A stretch of 64,000 nucleotides of DNA from Peribolospora baueri (lineage: Eukaryota). Shown one piece after another: positions 13,851 to 27,259 of this stretch (positions are counted from its first letter, which is position 1; every line of letters starts with the position of its first letter). The DNA is taken from NCBI GenBank assembly GCA_029717555.1, contig JAMDHS010000099.1, forward strand, positions 1 through 64,000, in the 5' to 3' direction. The translations under genes and the position numbers were made by a program. The notes under the pieces are model-generated. The model was not told the origin of the DNA. It saw nothing but the letters and a program-made list of their open reading frames with translations, and ran no database searches.

Positions 13851-14336
13851 ACCTTTTTTTCGCACACACCAACCGGCAATATGCCTCGTCAAACCCGAGC
13901 GCCCACGTCAGGCAATGGACACCTCGAGGCCCTCTCACGGCCTGCGCCTCAGCCCGGAGGACCTCATGGCGATCGACGGACGGATTGAGGCGACCCTCCA
14001 GCGCTCCATGAACGCCATAATCAAGGCAACCGTCGCGGAGGTCCTCATGAGTCAACAGACGGCAGCGCAGACGGCGACGCAGAGCACGCCCGCCCCGGGC
14101 GTGTTGGACGAGGACATGCGTCAGGCAGGTGACGATGCTGCCCGGTCAGTTCCGGGCGACGACGACGGGTCCGACGGCCATTTCAAGGACAACTCTCGCG
14201 AGGGCCATCCAACGCTTCAACAACGGCCGCGGGCGGCGAGGCGGGTGCGTCCACACTCCAGTGGAGCGTTGGGGACGTGAATGGGCGCTCGGGTTTGACG
14301 AGGCATATTGCCGGTTGGTGTGTGTGAAAAAAAGGT
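13851..14336. mobile_element. Putative non-autonomous DNA transposon (MITE-like), about 486 bp, with 55-bp terminal inverted repeats
   Basis: 13851-13905 (acctttttttcgcacacaccaaccggcaatatgcctcgtcaaacccgagcgccca) is the reverse complement of 14282-14336 with one mismatch. No clear TSD. Confidence 0.75.
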
Positions 14337-14649
14337 GTGCGAATATGTCGAGTTACGTAGCGCGAGTGCTGAATCGAGCGCGAAAAGCGAAAAAAAGTGT
14401 AACCGTTTGCGGCTACAATACGCACTGGAGATCGCTTAGGATTCAGCAACAGTTGTACGTACAGGAAGGAGAACGAGAGAGAGACAAGGAGAAGGGATTT
14501 TCGTGGCGCTCCAGGACTAGGGTTAGAGCGCCCAGACACGAGGCAATTACAACCAAGCAATAGCCGGCCGCCACGGCGAGGCGATCACAGCCGTTAGGAA
14601 GCGAGTCGGGCACCCGAGCAAGTCGTAGGCCGATGAACACGCGCGCAAG

Positions 14650-14850
14650 ATGGTCCAGCTGTCCGAGCGATCCGCCACCCGTCGCCCGTTTCACCGACCA
14701 CTTGGAGTGAAGAGTGATGCCAACGGCTACATCAGTTGGGTCACCCAGGTCGTTCGATTCTTCAACTTGACGACCCGGTGCTCGGAGGTCGACCGGCTCG
14801 AGATCCTGGGCTCTGTCCTCGCAGGGCACAAGGTGATCAACAGGTCGATT
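14650..14850 (+). pseudogene. Possible degenerate retrotransposon Gag fragment
   Basis: DANGYISWVTQVVRFFNLTTRCSEVDRLEILGSVLAG resembles, by eye, the W..v..fF...se.d...i....L.G pattern of Ty3/Gypsy-type capsid proteins. Confidence 0.3.
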
Positions 14851-16503
14851 GCGCAGGTAACTTGTCATGCATACATACATGGGTACGTGCAGCGTATGGA
14901 AGGATCTGACTAAGTTATCAAAATGAGCGCATGGGCGGGCGAGACTGTGAAGTGGCAGGAAGAAAGGAGGAGGCTTGACGGCGAGCCGGCCGGCGCTTTC
15001 TTCTCCATGCACGTACCTAACTACATGGGTTCCACCAGTAATTAGGTTACGCAGCTCGATGGACACGCTCTGTCGCGTGAGACGAGCTCCACTTCCCTTC
15101 TGACTTGCTTGGACCTGCCTCATGAGATTGTCGTTCGTACGCACGGTCATCGCGAGTTGCCCGAAGAGGCCAGCGCTGCCCCGCGCTCGACAATATGAAG
15201 GACCCTCTCGCCTCTCGGTTTGGTGGTGAGCACGATTCCCACCTCGCCACCATGCTTGAAGTGAAAGAAGTCGGGCCGGGGAGGCGTGCCACTATTTGAC
15301 GCTGAGGGCAAGATGGTGGCAGACGGAGATAGTCGTCCACTCAGCCCTCGCCGCTGGCGCGACCTGAGCCACTGTCGGCCGTTCCTCGCACGCTTCGGCA
15401 AACGGCTCTCGACGACGGCGCAAGAGAGCTAGAAGACGGGCTTGGACGGACGGGTCTGAGGACGCGAGCTGACAAAAAGCCGACAGGAAGGACGCTGGGA
15501 AAATAACGTCCTCCGGACCCGGTCGTTTCTTGCCCCGGACACCGGCGCGGCGGGGAGGTTGGCTAATAAGTCGGTGTTGTTACGTACGCAAACGCCCGTC
15601 CCGTCGGTCGCCTGCCGCGAGCGCGCCGAGTGCGACGGGCGAGTGCGAAGGGGGATGCGAAGCCTTGAGCCTTTCCTTTCCTTCCGCCAGCATCGTCCAT
15701 CATCGTACGACAGCCCGGTGCAAGAACCGTTGTCCCGGCGGGCCGAAATTGCCGGCCCCGCTGGGGCTTCGCTGCCGCAGCACGGTCATTAGCGATCGGT
15801 TGCCGAACTGGGCCTCGGCTAAGCAAGTCGCAACTTGTTGCAGACGCCACCTCCACCCGAGACTGCCGCCGAGAAGGAATAGAAGGATGGATGGATGGAT
15901 GGATGGGATGGGTGAGTTGATGGCGAGGAGACAGACAGAGACACAGAGGATTTCGTAGTCTGCATGGAGCGGCGCCACCGCCGAGCTTCCGGAATTCGCG
16001 GGCGAAGCATATTGTTCATCGCCGTCCGATCGTCGTCCTCTCCTCGGCGCGAGCGAGCCTCCACCTCATCCGCCGTCCGTCCTTCGGCAACTCGTTCACT
16101 CCGTCCTTCTAGCCTCTGCCTGCTCGTCGGCCTTTACTGAGGTCATCATGGCGCCCGCGCCTCGTACGGTGTCGTTCTAAGTGGCTGGATGGAGGGATGA
16201 TGGCGTGGAATGGATGGCGCAGAGGGCTGCCGCGGTCCGTCCGCGTCAGTCCAGCGACGACCTGGTCTGGGTCGCAAATGGCTACGATATAAGAACGAGC
16301 GCCTTCGTCTCAACTCGCTACGTGCCCGGCTCGTCGTTTGGAGATCCATCTCCTTCCTCTTTCGTTGCCGACTACTAGTCACTCACTTCGCCTCTTCAAC
16401 AGAGGTCTTCGCGACGGGCTTCTCAACAGGCCCCTCACTGATTCACATCGCTTGTATAAAACGCTTCCTGCGCTGACCCCCCCTCCCCCTCACGACGACG
16501 GCG

Positions 16504-18710
16504 ATGACGGCGGCGACGGCGGTGGCCGATAAGGCCGCTGCGAGCGACTCTATCTTCGTCTCTCTCATCACCTACCTCTTCCACGGCATATCGCTTATCC
16601 CGACGCCTGTCCTCCTCCTCACACCCTTCGTTCTTCTCTTCCTCTACGCCGTCTACAACCTTCTCCTCCACCCGCTTTCCTACATCCCTGGGCCCCTCTC
16701 AGCTCGCCTCGGCATCCCTATTTGGAATTTCCGCCATGCCTACAACGGCAGCTGGCTCTGGGAGATTAGGAAGCTGCACAATCGATACGGGGACGTCGTT
16801 CGCATCGGTCCTAATCAGCTCAGTTTCACCGATCCCGCCGCGGTGTACACCATTTACGCCCATGGGGGCAAATTTGACAAAACGCCGTTCTATAAGGCTT
16901 TCCGTAAGTCGTCACCTTGGTTTTCGCCGTGCCGTCCCATGATAAGTCTTTGGTATCTCTAACGTCTCTTCGCCCATCCCTTGCCCCCCACCCCTCCTCC
17001 CAGAGGTTCTTCCCGAACGGCCGTCCCTCTTCTCTGACATCGACCCGCACTCCCACTCTATCCGCCGCCGCGAGGTCTCCCACGCCTATAGCATGGCCTC
17101 CCTCGTGGACCTGGAGGAGTGCGTGGACCCTTGCGTGAACGACCTGATTGCTCGACTGGACCGCGCCGCCGATTCTCCCGATTATTCCACCGCCCACCGA
17201 AGGGAAAAGGACGCAATGGTGATTCAGGAGGAGAAGGAGGGGACAAGGGGGAGAAGCGTGGACATGAGCCTCTGGTTGCATTACTTTGCCAGCGACGCCG
17301 TCGGAGAACTTGCGGTGAGCACGCCACGCCTTCCCCGTACCCCTCTCCTCGTCCTCCATCTCACTCAGTTCTCCCTTCCCCCTTTGCCTTTTTTATCGCG
17401 CAGTTCGGACGCGGCTTCCACCTCCTCCAAACCGGTCGCGATCCGGTGGACATGCTTCCCGGCGTGACGAATCTCTCCCTCTTCGGCGCCGTCGCCGGCT
17501 CTCTGCCCACCAACTGGCTCCGCGGGCTGGCGAAGAAAGCCTTGCCTTATTGGCTCAACGTACCGGGCGGTGAGAAGATCGCTACGACGACCGTGGAAAG
17601 AGTGGAGGAGAGGTTCAAGGCTTTGAAGGAGGGGAGGGAAGTGCGCAAGGACATGTTGTGAGTCTGCCTTTGTGCGACGCTTTGACCTCCGTACGCCTGC
17701 CCGTCGTGTCGGTGCGATTCGTGCTCACCAATCTTTACCCCCTTCCCGTTTTGGCCTCCTCCCTGCAGGACAAAGTTCATCAATGCGAGGCACGTCGGCG
17801 ACAAGCGCCCCTACTCTCAGCAAGACGTCCTCTTCACCTCCACCTCGGTCATCGCCGCCGGCTCGGACACGACGGCGGTCACCCTGCGCGCCCTGCTCTA
17901 CTTCCTCATCAAGCACCCGGACGCGTACGCGCGCGTGCAACGCGAGATCGACGAGGCCGTCGCCACTGGAAGGCTCTCGTTCCCGGTGCGGTACGCGCAG
18001 GGAGTCCAGCTCGAGTTATTCCAAGCGTGCCTCAAGGAGACTCTCCGTCTGCACCCGGCCATCGTCTGGGCGCTCGAGCGGTACGTCCCGGAGGGGGGCA
18101 TGGTCATCGCCGGCCACTACGTCCCGGGGGGCACCATCGTCGGCGTCAGCCCGCACGTGTTTCACCGCACCGAGAAAGCATTTGGCAAGGACTGTGAGAT
18201 GTTTAAACCCGAGCGCTGGATCACAAAGGACGAGGACGTAAGGAGGAAGATGGAGAAGAACAACTTGGCCGTGAGTGGGCGCCGGCTGCGGCGGCGCTGA
18301 CGCTCCCTTCGTCCCGCTCAGGTGCCTTTGTGAGCGAGCGAGCGTACGATTTCGTTGACCTTGTCCTTTTTTTCCCCACCTTACTTTCTTGTTCCTTCTT
18401 TTAGTTCGGAGGCGGCGCGCGCCAGTGCATCGGCAAGAACATCTCCCTGATGGAGATCACCAAACTCGCCCCTGCGCTCCTCCACCGCTATGACTTCTCC
18501 TTCACCCCTCGCGGGTCCGGCTCGCCGCACAAGCTCCCTGGGAGGGGCGTGAATGGGGTAGAGGGCAAGAAGAAGGCTGCGAGCGGCACGGGGCCGATAT
18601 GGAAGGTGGAGGAGGAAGAGGAGGAGGAGCCCTGGTCGGTCCACACGGCTTGGTTCGCGGACCAGAAGGATTTCTGGTGTGATGTCAAGAGGAGGAAGGA
18701 GAACGTTTGA
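16504..18710 (+). CDS. Cytochrome P450, multi-exon
   Basis: N-terminal TM followed by HPLSYIPGP and YGDVVRIGPNQLSF. I-helix AGSDTT, K-helix ETLR, PERW, and heme motif FGGGARQCIGKN. Confidence 0.93.
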
Positions 18711-19377
18711 TGCCGTCGGCCGTCAGTCAGCGAGCCAGGCAATGAGGTAGCGAGCGAGCGTCCTTGCCATAGGTAGGACGGACGGTCGTTCTCTCCCTTC
18801 TTGCATTCCTTCTGGCCCCGTACGAGGGTGATGAATCGCTCGTACGCTTTCTGTTTACGTTACGATTGGTGATACACGATGCGTGAAAAGTCCTTCCTTT
18901 CTATTCACTCAATAGGCAGCTACCGTACGTGAGAATCGAGCGAGGACAGACAAGGTCTCTCGAAACCGGCAAATCCGCCATCTCCGCGGTCAACAAATGA
19001 CCGCCGCAAAGGAAAAAAAAAATGAAAAATGACGAGCAAGTGTAACCGCTGATACTATCTATCCTTCGATCATCGCCCGGCCGGGTGGCGCGGACATGCG
19101 AGTGATAGCGAAATCAGGGACGTCTCGAGACGAGCTCGATCTCCGCGCTCCTATTGGCGAACTTCAGCCATTGCCGTTGTGGCGGACTGGTCGCGATAAG
19201 GAAGGAGGCGGGCCGCGTAGAAAGAAGAACGAGAAGGAAGGGAAAGAACTCGACGTAAAAATTGCGCACAACGCACGGCGAGACAAGGAGGAGCGTGGAA
19301 GCAAAGATTAGCTTGCAGAGGGGCGAGCCAAGTGGTCGAACAAACCTCTTCGAGTCAACAGTAGCGACCCGTCTGGT

Positions 19378-20560
19378 CTAGCTCCCATCGTCGCCGGCAT
19401 CGCCAACTCTCCGTTCGTCATTGGCCGCCCTCTCGCGCTCCTTCGCCTCCCTCTCCCTACCCTTCAGCTCCCTATACCTCTTAATCACCCTCTCTCTCTC
19501 CTCGGCCAACATCCTCGCCTGCGCCGGACTGACGCCCAACCTCGCCCCCTTTTCCCTTGCCCCGTCCGCCCCAGCACCATTCTCATCATCCCCATCGCTG
19601 GCATCACCGCCCTTCGCCAGCGACCGCTTCCAGGCCTCCAATTTCTCCCTCTTTTCCCTTTCCTTGTCCTTGGGCACGCGCGAGAAACTGGGAGGTGCCA
19701 TGGCGATGTCGTGTAATCGCAGGACGGGTGCACGCGCGAAATCTGTCGCGGCCGCCTTCGCCGCGGAGAGCTCTTCGCGTGATTTTCGGAGCTCAGCCGA
19801 GGTTGGGCCGTCGCGGGAGCTTCGGGTGGTCTTGTCGTCGGCGTCCTTATCCGCCCCTTGAGACTTGGAAGACCCTGCCCCGCCGCTGCCATCATCGTCA
19901 TCGGCAGCGGCCAGGCGGGCCTTCTCCTTCTCTCGACGTCGTTTGAAAGCCGACTTGGTGGCCCGGATGGCAGAGTCGACTTCTGGTCGAAGAGACTCTT
20001 CGACCCGACTGAGTACGGTGGGTTAGAAGATGGAAGTCAGTCGAATCGGAGGCATGCCATTGACTGCATCAATGAGACCCGCAGCTACGGCGTCTAGCTT
20101 ACCGATTAAATTCTTTCAGCTTCTCCCCTGGCATGATCTTCAACTCCGTAGCCTTCTCCTTTCCCTTGCCCTTACCATCCACAACTGATTCGTCACCTTC
20201 AGCAGGACGCTTGCGCTTCCTTCCTCTTCCCTCCCCCTCTCCGGTATCTTCACCCCGATTTCGCTTATGATACTCTGCGCGGATTCTCTCGGCGTTAAGG
20301 ATGCGGTAGACGTTCTTCGGTAGACCACCGAATTCATCTTGAGACTCTTTGGCGTTGGCTTTGGCTTTGCGCCGATTGTGAGAGACGGCGGTGGGTGGGA
20401 GGTTGTGGCCTCTTTCGGAGACGTTGTCAAGATTATGGAGCGGGAAGAGTCGAGTTAGTGGGAATTTGACATGGCGAAAGGTAGTCCGGGAAGCGCTGCC
20501 AACTCACATCTTCGCCTTCTCCTGGCTTCTCAAATTCCTGTTCCTCCGTTTGTGAGGCAT
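19378..20560 (-). CDS. Conserved basic nuclear/nucleolar protein, UPF0653/CCDC137-like
   Basis: Spliced start MPHKRRNRNLRSQEKAK|, then KIMPGEKLKEFNR, RRLHDIAMAPP and C-terminal AQARMLAEERERVIKRYRELK. The family was assigned from memory of motifs. Confidence 0.6.
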
Positions 20561-20872
20561 CGCCGCGGAGCTGCTACGGAAACGAGGTAGTCAGAGAGCG
20601 ATCACGTTTGGCGACGGGCTATACTATACGACAGCCCGAGTGACGATATGGTGGTATGAAGAGACCAATGTGTTCCGTGGTGTCCAGAGACAAGCAAAAT
20701 TGTCCTGCACGCTTCCTTGAGAGAGGAGAAGAAGTGGAGTGCTGGGAGAAGGCGAAAGCGGGAGGAGGAAGAAGAAAAGAAGATGATGCTGCGGCGCCTG
20801 TCCACCTGGCGTGCGGGAGATCCGTGCGCGGTCGCTTGAGATGGGAAGGATTACGTCCAAGACCTCAAGGAG

Positions 20873-21901
20873 ATGGCCTCCCTACCGGCCCTCCCTCCCT
20901 CCTCATGCCGGTGCTTGTGGCAAAAGTCCGGGGAGATCTTTGCTTTCTCTCCGCTATTGCGGAGTATTGCAGCATCCCGACTCCAGAACCTCTCCTCAGC
21001 GAGGCGGTCCAAATTCACACTTGCTGTCCGTGAGCCCGACGCCGCCTCGGTTCGAGAAGCGCCCACTCCGCTAGTTTTCCTTACAGCTTCACTATGGGAC
21101 GGTGGGAAGCCAGAGTGAGCAGCCATCGAAGAAATACTCGGGCTGCCGTCGTGCGCACCAAGTGCTCACAGAGAGGTGCGGTCGTCATCGTCGACTGTAC
21201 TTCACACTTTAGGGCGTGGAAAGCATGGCAAGAATACTTTTCGAAACTAGGATATACCTCACTGGCGGTTGACTTGGAGCCGCCAAGGATGAGTGCAATC
21301 ACCTCAGCAGAGCTGATGAAGGTGTTTGAACAAGGTGAGTAGATGCCGACGGGCCTGGCGCCATGGTCAGGCGCTAGCTTCGGGGGAGAACAGCTTTACG
21401 AGCATGTGCTCGCTACCAGTGTGTCTAGAGATGCATTGACTCTGCTTTTCGCCGGGCTTGATACATAACTATCGATTCTCTTCCACGACCCGCCCTCAAG
21501 ATCTCTTTGACGCGCTCCGCACTTCGTCCTTTGCTTTTCCGCCGATCCTCTTCGCCCGAACCCTCTGCACCATCCCGGCGCAGACATACATTTCCTCCAA
21601 CTCCGTCTCCGCCCTCCTCCTTCGCTCTCCGCCCGTATCCAATGCCGCCGCCCATGTCGCGTCTTTAGGGTCATCGACGCTCCTTCCCACCGTGTTGGAC
21701 GAGTTCCGCTTTGAGCCTTTCTTCCCCATCGCCATAATGGCCGAAAGCGAAGACGAAGCGAAGGGCTTGCGCCAAAATCGACTGATGACCGAGTATGGTG
21801 GAGAGGTGGACCTACTGCAGCTGACGGACGAGGAGCGGAAGGAGGGCGAAGTGGGTGCGGCGAAGAGGGCGCAGGCGTGGTTGGACGAAATAGGATTTTG
21901 A
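20873..21901 (+). CDS. Hypothetical protein with an alpha/beta-hydrolase-like fold, probably degenerate; multi-exon
   Basis: Exons PTPLVFLTAS..., WQEYFSKLGYTSLAVDL and FPPILFAR...QTYISSNSVSALLLRSPP...EFRFEPFFPIAIM are joined by GT-AG introns. No GxSxG nucleophile motif is visible. Confidence 0.6.
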
Positions 21902-22431
21902 CAAGGAGGTGAAAGGAGAAGAGCCATGCCACCGACGTGTACGATTCCTCGAGGCAGCTTTGTACACCTGTCTGCGCTGGTGTCGCATGTGCCAGCCCGC
22001 ATTTCCGCCTATGGGGATGCTCAAAGAAGAGTGATGTCATTGCTTGTTACAAATACATTTGTTCCGCCATAGCTGGATAACTCGATCGAAGTGGGCGGGG
22101 GGAGCAAGAGGAGTACGAGATGACAAGCGGCCTCTATTCGGTCGACGTCGTTGAGTTGGGTGAGGCAATCGCCAGACGTGAACGAGCACGATCTGGACGC
22201 AGATGACGCTGCAAGGATAGCTGGCAAGGTGGCGAGCGGCAGATCCAAAGCTCTGGGTGAATGGGACACGGGAGAGTCGCAAAGTCCTGAGCGCCAGGCG
22301 GGCGCAGGTTCCGGGTGGTCGTTTAAGAGGTCAGACGAATGCTGAAGTCCGTCCTCTCCGACCGCGTGCTTTCCACTCCTTCCCGCTTTTCTTCCCATCC
22401 ACGCTCGCCGATCGGCACCAAATGCATCGTC

Positions 22432-22821
22432 TCATGAACGACCCGAGTCCTTGACGAGGGCAATCTCGCGCTGCTTCGCCTTGATGAGCTCCCTGAGCTC
22501 GACTCCCTTCCGTCCCAACTTGTCGTCCTTCATCTTGAGCAGGTACGCGTCCAGCCCGCCGAGCTTGTCGATGCTCCGCAGCGCTTTGGTAGTCACGGCC
22601 AGCTTTATCGTCTTGCCAAGAGAGGGGGAGAAGAGGCGCTTGGACTGGACGTTGGGCAGCCAAGTGCGGGCGGTCTTTTGCTTCGAATTGGGCACGTTGT
22701 TCCCGGATTGCCGTATCCGGCCATCGAACAAGCCCGCTTGAGCGCGCTTGAAGACGCGAGAGGCATTGGAGGAGAACGAGGTGCCGCCGGATGGCGCGAG
22801 GCGGGCGAGGGTGAAGAACAT
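22432..22821 (-). CDS. MRPL24: Mitochondrial ribosomal protein bL28m
   Basis: KRAQAGLFDG..IRQSGNNVP.SKQKTARTWLPNVQSKRLFS...VTTKALRSIDKLGGLDAYLL is the L28 family signature, preceded by a presequence-like N-terminus. Confidence 0.9.
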   Translation of the reverse strand: MFFTLARLAPSGGTSFSSNASRVFKRAQAGLFDGRIRQSGNNVPNSKQKTARTWLPNVQSKRLFSPSLGKTIKLAVTTKALRSIDKLGGLDAYLLKMKDDKLGRKGVELRELIKAKQREIALVKDSGRS

Positions 22822-23071
22822 GATGGCTCGTTGGGCCTGCTTGCCTCGCTGAGCCTGCTACAAGCCGGGATCGGGGCGAGAAAAGGGAAAGATGCCGAGA
22901 AGGACGTCCGAGTGGTAGTGCCGCCGATTAGGGTTGCAACTGCGGCCGTCGCGGTGGTTCTCACGCCCCGCAGGTTTTGGACTCCAGGCGGACCGAATAT
23001 GGCGATGCGGCGAGGCGAAGTTCTCGCCGATTCTCGTCCAAAAGGCTCGGAAAACAAAATCTTTGCCCATC

Positions 23072-24994
23072 ATGGTAAGCACGATCGAGGGAGCGACATC
23101 GCAATGGACCGCTGGATAGCTGACGGACCGCCGGTTGCCTCCAGAAAATCAAAATGCTATCCCGGTCGCTCGACAACCACGCGCCAGCGCGTCTGGGCGA
23201 CGTCGCGCCGGTCTCGCGAAACCTCGACCCGAACCTTCACCCACTGGAGAAGGCAAGGGAGTACACCAGGGCGGTGACGGCTGCGAAGATGGACCGCATG
23301 TTTGCCATGCCATTTATCGCTGCCCTGGACGGGCACGTGGACGGCGTGTATGCTATGGCAAAGGACCCGCAGAGGCTGGGGGTAGTGGCGAGCGGGAGCG
23401 GTGACGGAGGTCAGTGGGAAGGGCGGCTGATTGAGCGCTGTATTGGGCGGGTCGCTCACGCATGCTCTTCTGCGTCACTTCTTTCCACCAGAGATACGAC
23501 TGTGGAACTTGAACCAGCAAACGTGCCTCGCCCGGATCCCGAAGGCGCACAAGACGATCGTCCAGAGCCTGACCTTCAGTCCCAACTCTCGAGCACTGCT
23601 TTCGTGCAGCTTGGACAAGACGGTAAAGATGTGGAATGCGGATGCCGAGGAGGAGGTTAGCCAAGTGAGCGTTCGATGGTGAAACGACGAACGCGCGCGG
23701 TGCCCCTCGTTCTCACCGGTCGGACCGCTTTCTCTTTCTCGCAGCCTTTGAACGTTTTCCTGGGGAAATCCGCCTTTCAGTGTGTCTTTCATCCCTCCTC
23801 TCTTTCGCCTTTGCTTGCGGCCCAACTTTGGGGCGACTAACGAGAGCCCAATTCGTCCCTCGTGCAGGTCCATCTCCCACCACCGAACACAACCGGTGTT
23901 CGCCACGTCCTCTTCATCCATACAGGTCTGGGACGAGACAAAGTGCGTGTCCCGTCCAGCTTTTCCCGTTTGTTCACTTAACCGTCGACGGTGTAGCGCT
24001 TTCTCATCATCACTGTCCCGCCCACCCCAGGTCGGACCCGATCTCGTCGATGTCGTGGGACTGTGAGAGCATCCAATGCGTCCGGTTCAACCAGTCCGAG
24101 ACCTCTGTCCTCGCCAGCGCCGGCAGCGACCGGGCGGTGATCCTGTACGATCTGAGGACGGGGAAGCCGTTGCACAAGATGGTCATGTCGGTGAGTCGTG
24201 GCGGGTGGGCGGGACATCTGGTGGCTGGAGACAGGAGTCAGCCGCTGATATTTTTCGCCCTCTATGTTTCGTTTCGTGGGACGCAGATGCGAGCGAACGA
24301 CATTGCGTGGAACCCAGTGGAGCCAACGACGTTCCTGGTCGCCTCTGAAGATCAGAACCTATACACGTTCGACATGCGGTACATGTCGTCGTCCACTCAG
24401 ATCCTCAAGGACCACGTGTCGGCAGTGATGAGCTGTGATTGGAGTCCGACGGGGCAGGAGTGCGTGAGCGGGAGCTATGACCGGACGGTGAGGATCTGGA
24501 GGAAGGGAGAGGGACGGAGCAGGGATGTGTACCACACGAAGCGGATGCAGAGGTGAGTGGGCGGGGCGGGGCGGATGTGCTATGGGCGATGGGGCGATGA
24601 TGCGACGCCTCGCTTTATTTTCTTCTCTCCGGCGAACAGGATCTTCTCCACGCTATACACGCTCGACGCGCGCTACGTCCTCACAGGTTCGGACGACGGC
24701 AACGTACGCCTCTGGAAAGCTCGGGCATCGGAAAAGCTAGGCGTCCTAGACGGCCGCGAAATGGCTTCTCGAGAGTACCGGAACACTTTACGGGAAAAGT
24801 GGGGTTCGATGACCGAGGTGCGCAGGTTGGACCGACAGCGACATGTGCCCAAACCGATCAAAGGGTCCCAGACGCTCCAGCGAACGATGGTGGAGGCAAG
24901 GAGAGGGAAGGAGGAGAATCGGAGGAAGCATACGAGGAAGGGGAAGGAGAAGCCCAAGGCGGCGAGGAAGGAGGCTGTGCTGAGGGAGGAGTAG
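23072..24994 (+). CDS. SOF1: U3 snoRNP WD40 protein Sof1/DCAF13, multi-exon
   Basis: ATG|gtaagc...cag|KIKMLSRS, RNLDPNLHPLEKAREYTRAVTAAKMDRMFAMPF, WD repeats, SRDVYHTKRMQR and GSDDGNVRLWKARASEKLG. Confidence 0.95.
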
Positions 24995-25576
24995 GGCCGT
25001 CGTGTCGCCCCGTCGAGCGTCTTGTCTGTACGAATACCCTTGGGTCGGATTGGGTCGGATCGGTCGTACGTACTGCACATCAGTTTACATTACAAAGGTG
25101 CGGAGTGGATCACCGCCGCTTCGAATTTTCTTCGGTCCTCGACGGGAGGTCTTGTCACTTTGCGCGGTTTCTGTTGCCTTCGTCGTCGTCCGTATGATGT
25201 ACCATCCTCGGAGGACAATAAGGAACCAAAGAGACTTCTCAACCTTTGTAACGAGGTAGGTAGACGTACACGGACACACGAGCGTGGCTAGCAAACAGAA
25301 CAGGGACACGAACGCGAATAAGGGAGGGCGGGGAAAGGAGGAAGAAGGGGACGGGGACGTATGGACGATGGAGGCCAAACGATGATCATGGCTAGCCTTC
25401 TTCGAATCGATCCGATGTCGATGGCAGACGCCGCGACCCCGCAAGGGAAGTAAGGGAGGGAGGAAGGGGAGGAGGGAACTGATCGTACAGCGAATTGGAA
25501 AGACGGAGGCGGAAAATAGAGAGAGAGAGAGGGGGCATATATGGACGTGTGGATGGGGACCGGGGCGCGGGCCTTA

Positions 25577-26152
<576 letters not shown>

Positions 26153-27259
26153 TTAGTTACTGTTGGGGGATGGGATAGAGGAAGGTGGATGGAGAATGGA
26201 TGGATGGATGGATGGATAACGGGGGCAAACGATGGTGGTGTATGGACAATGAAGGAGGGAGGGATGGATGGATGGATAGAAGAGGACGATGATGATGATG
26301 TGGGGCGCGTGTTCGGAGAGGCAGACGGGTGGGATCGGGGAAATTTGAAAATGCGACGCGCGGTGGGTGATGGTGGTAGTAGTACCATCAACGGGGCGAC
26401 ACGACGGATGGCGAGACGCGAAAAAGGGGGGATGCGAAATTTGGGAGGATGAGCGCGACGGTGGCGACGAGGGGGTGGTGATCGACCGAGGGGGGAGAAG
26501 AAAGAGGGAAAACTTACGTTGTGTGCGTGTGTGTGGCAGTGGCGAAAAGGGTTATTGGGAGGTGGTGAAGGTGGTGTCGAGATGGTGGTGAGAAAGAAGG
26601 AAAAGAAAGGGGATGACGGTTGGAGGGGTCAGGTTTATTCGAATTTTCTCCTCCTCCCTTGTCTCGCTCCGGCCGTCGTCGTCTTGTCTGTTTTCGCTCG
26701 GTCGACGCCTGCGTAGGACTACGGCAACCTCCGGGGCGGCTGACGGCGACAGGGCGACACAAGTGACAGCGCGATGGGGGGCGTGAGTCAAGGCAGCCAC
26801 AAGTCAGGGTTGTGGGCACCGCCGTCGCTCGCTCGGGTGGGTGGGCCGGCGGCGCCAGATCGGGCGGGGCGGGGCAGAGGCACGATGATGGTCCCCCCAC
26901 CGAGCTGCCGCCAGTCGAGCCTTCGACGACGCCTTCGTCACCACTTGGACCATTTTATCGACACGGTTTTACGCGCACTTACGCGGCACATCGATCGATC
27001 GTCCATCGACCCATCACCAGTTGACTGTCGCGTGATCAACACGCGTCCACGCGTCGTCCGCGTCGTCCGCGCATCCCCGCCAGCCTCACTGGCTCACGTC
27101 GTTCACGCCGCCGTACCCGTACGACCACGTCGGTGTGTCCGCCGTCCGGAGGGAAGAAATAAAGACAGAAATAAAGAAATAAAGAAATAAAGAAAACCCG
27201 GAAAGCAGGTGCGCCTTCCGCGCCCCCCGCCTCATCTCATGACGCTCATTTCACAGCAG

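Noticed and set aside
14443..15150. Minus-strand 235-aa ORF with RNLITG / DHLVP / ITLHSKW, suggestive of a fungal HNH endonuclease
   Set aside because: The key Cys and Asn residues are missing and the motif spacing is poor. The opposite strand gives a more convincing gag-like reading.
16148..16378. Short ORFs upstream of the P450 as regulatory uORFs or a separate gene
   Set aside because: The TSS is unknown, no motifs are recognisable, and such ORFs are expected by chance.
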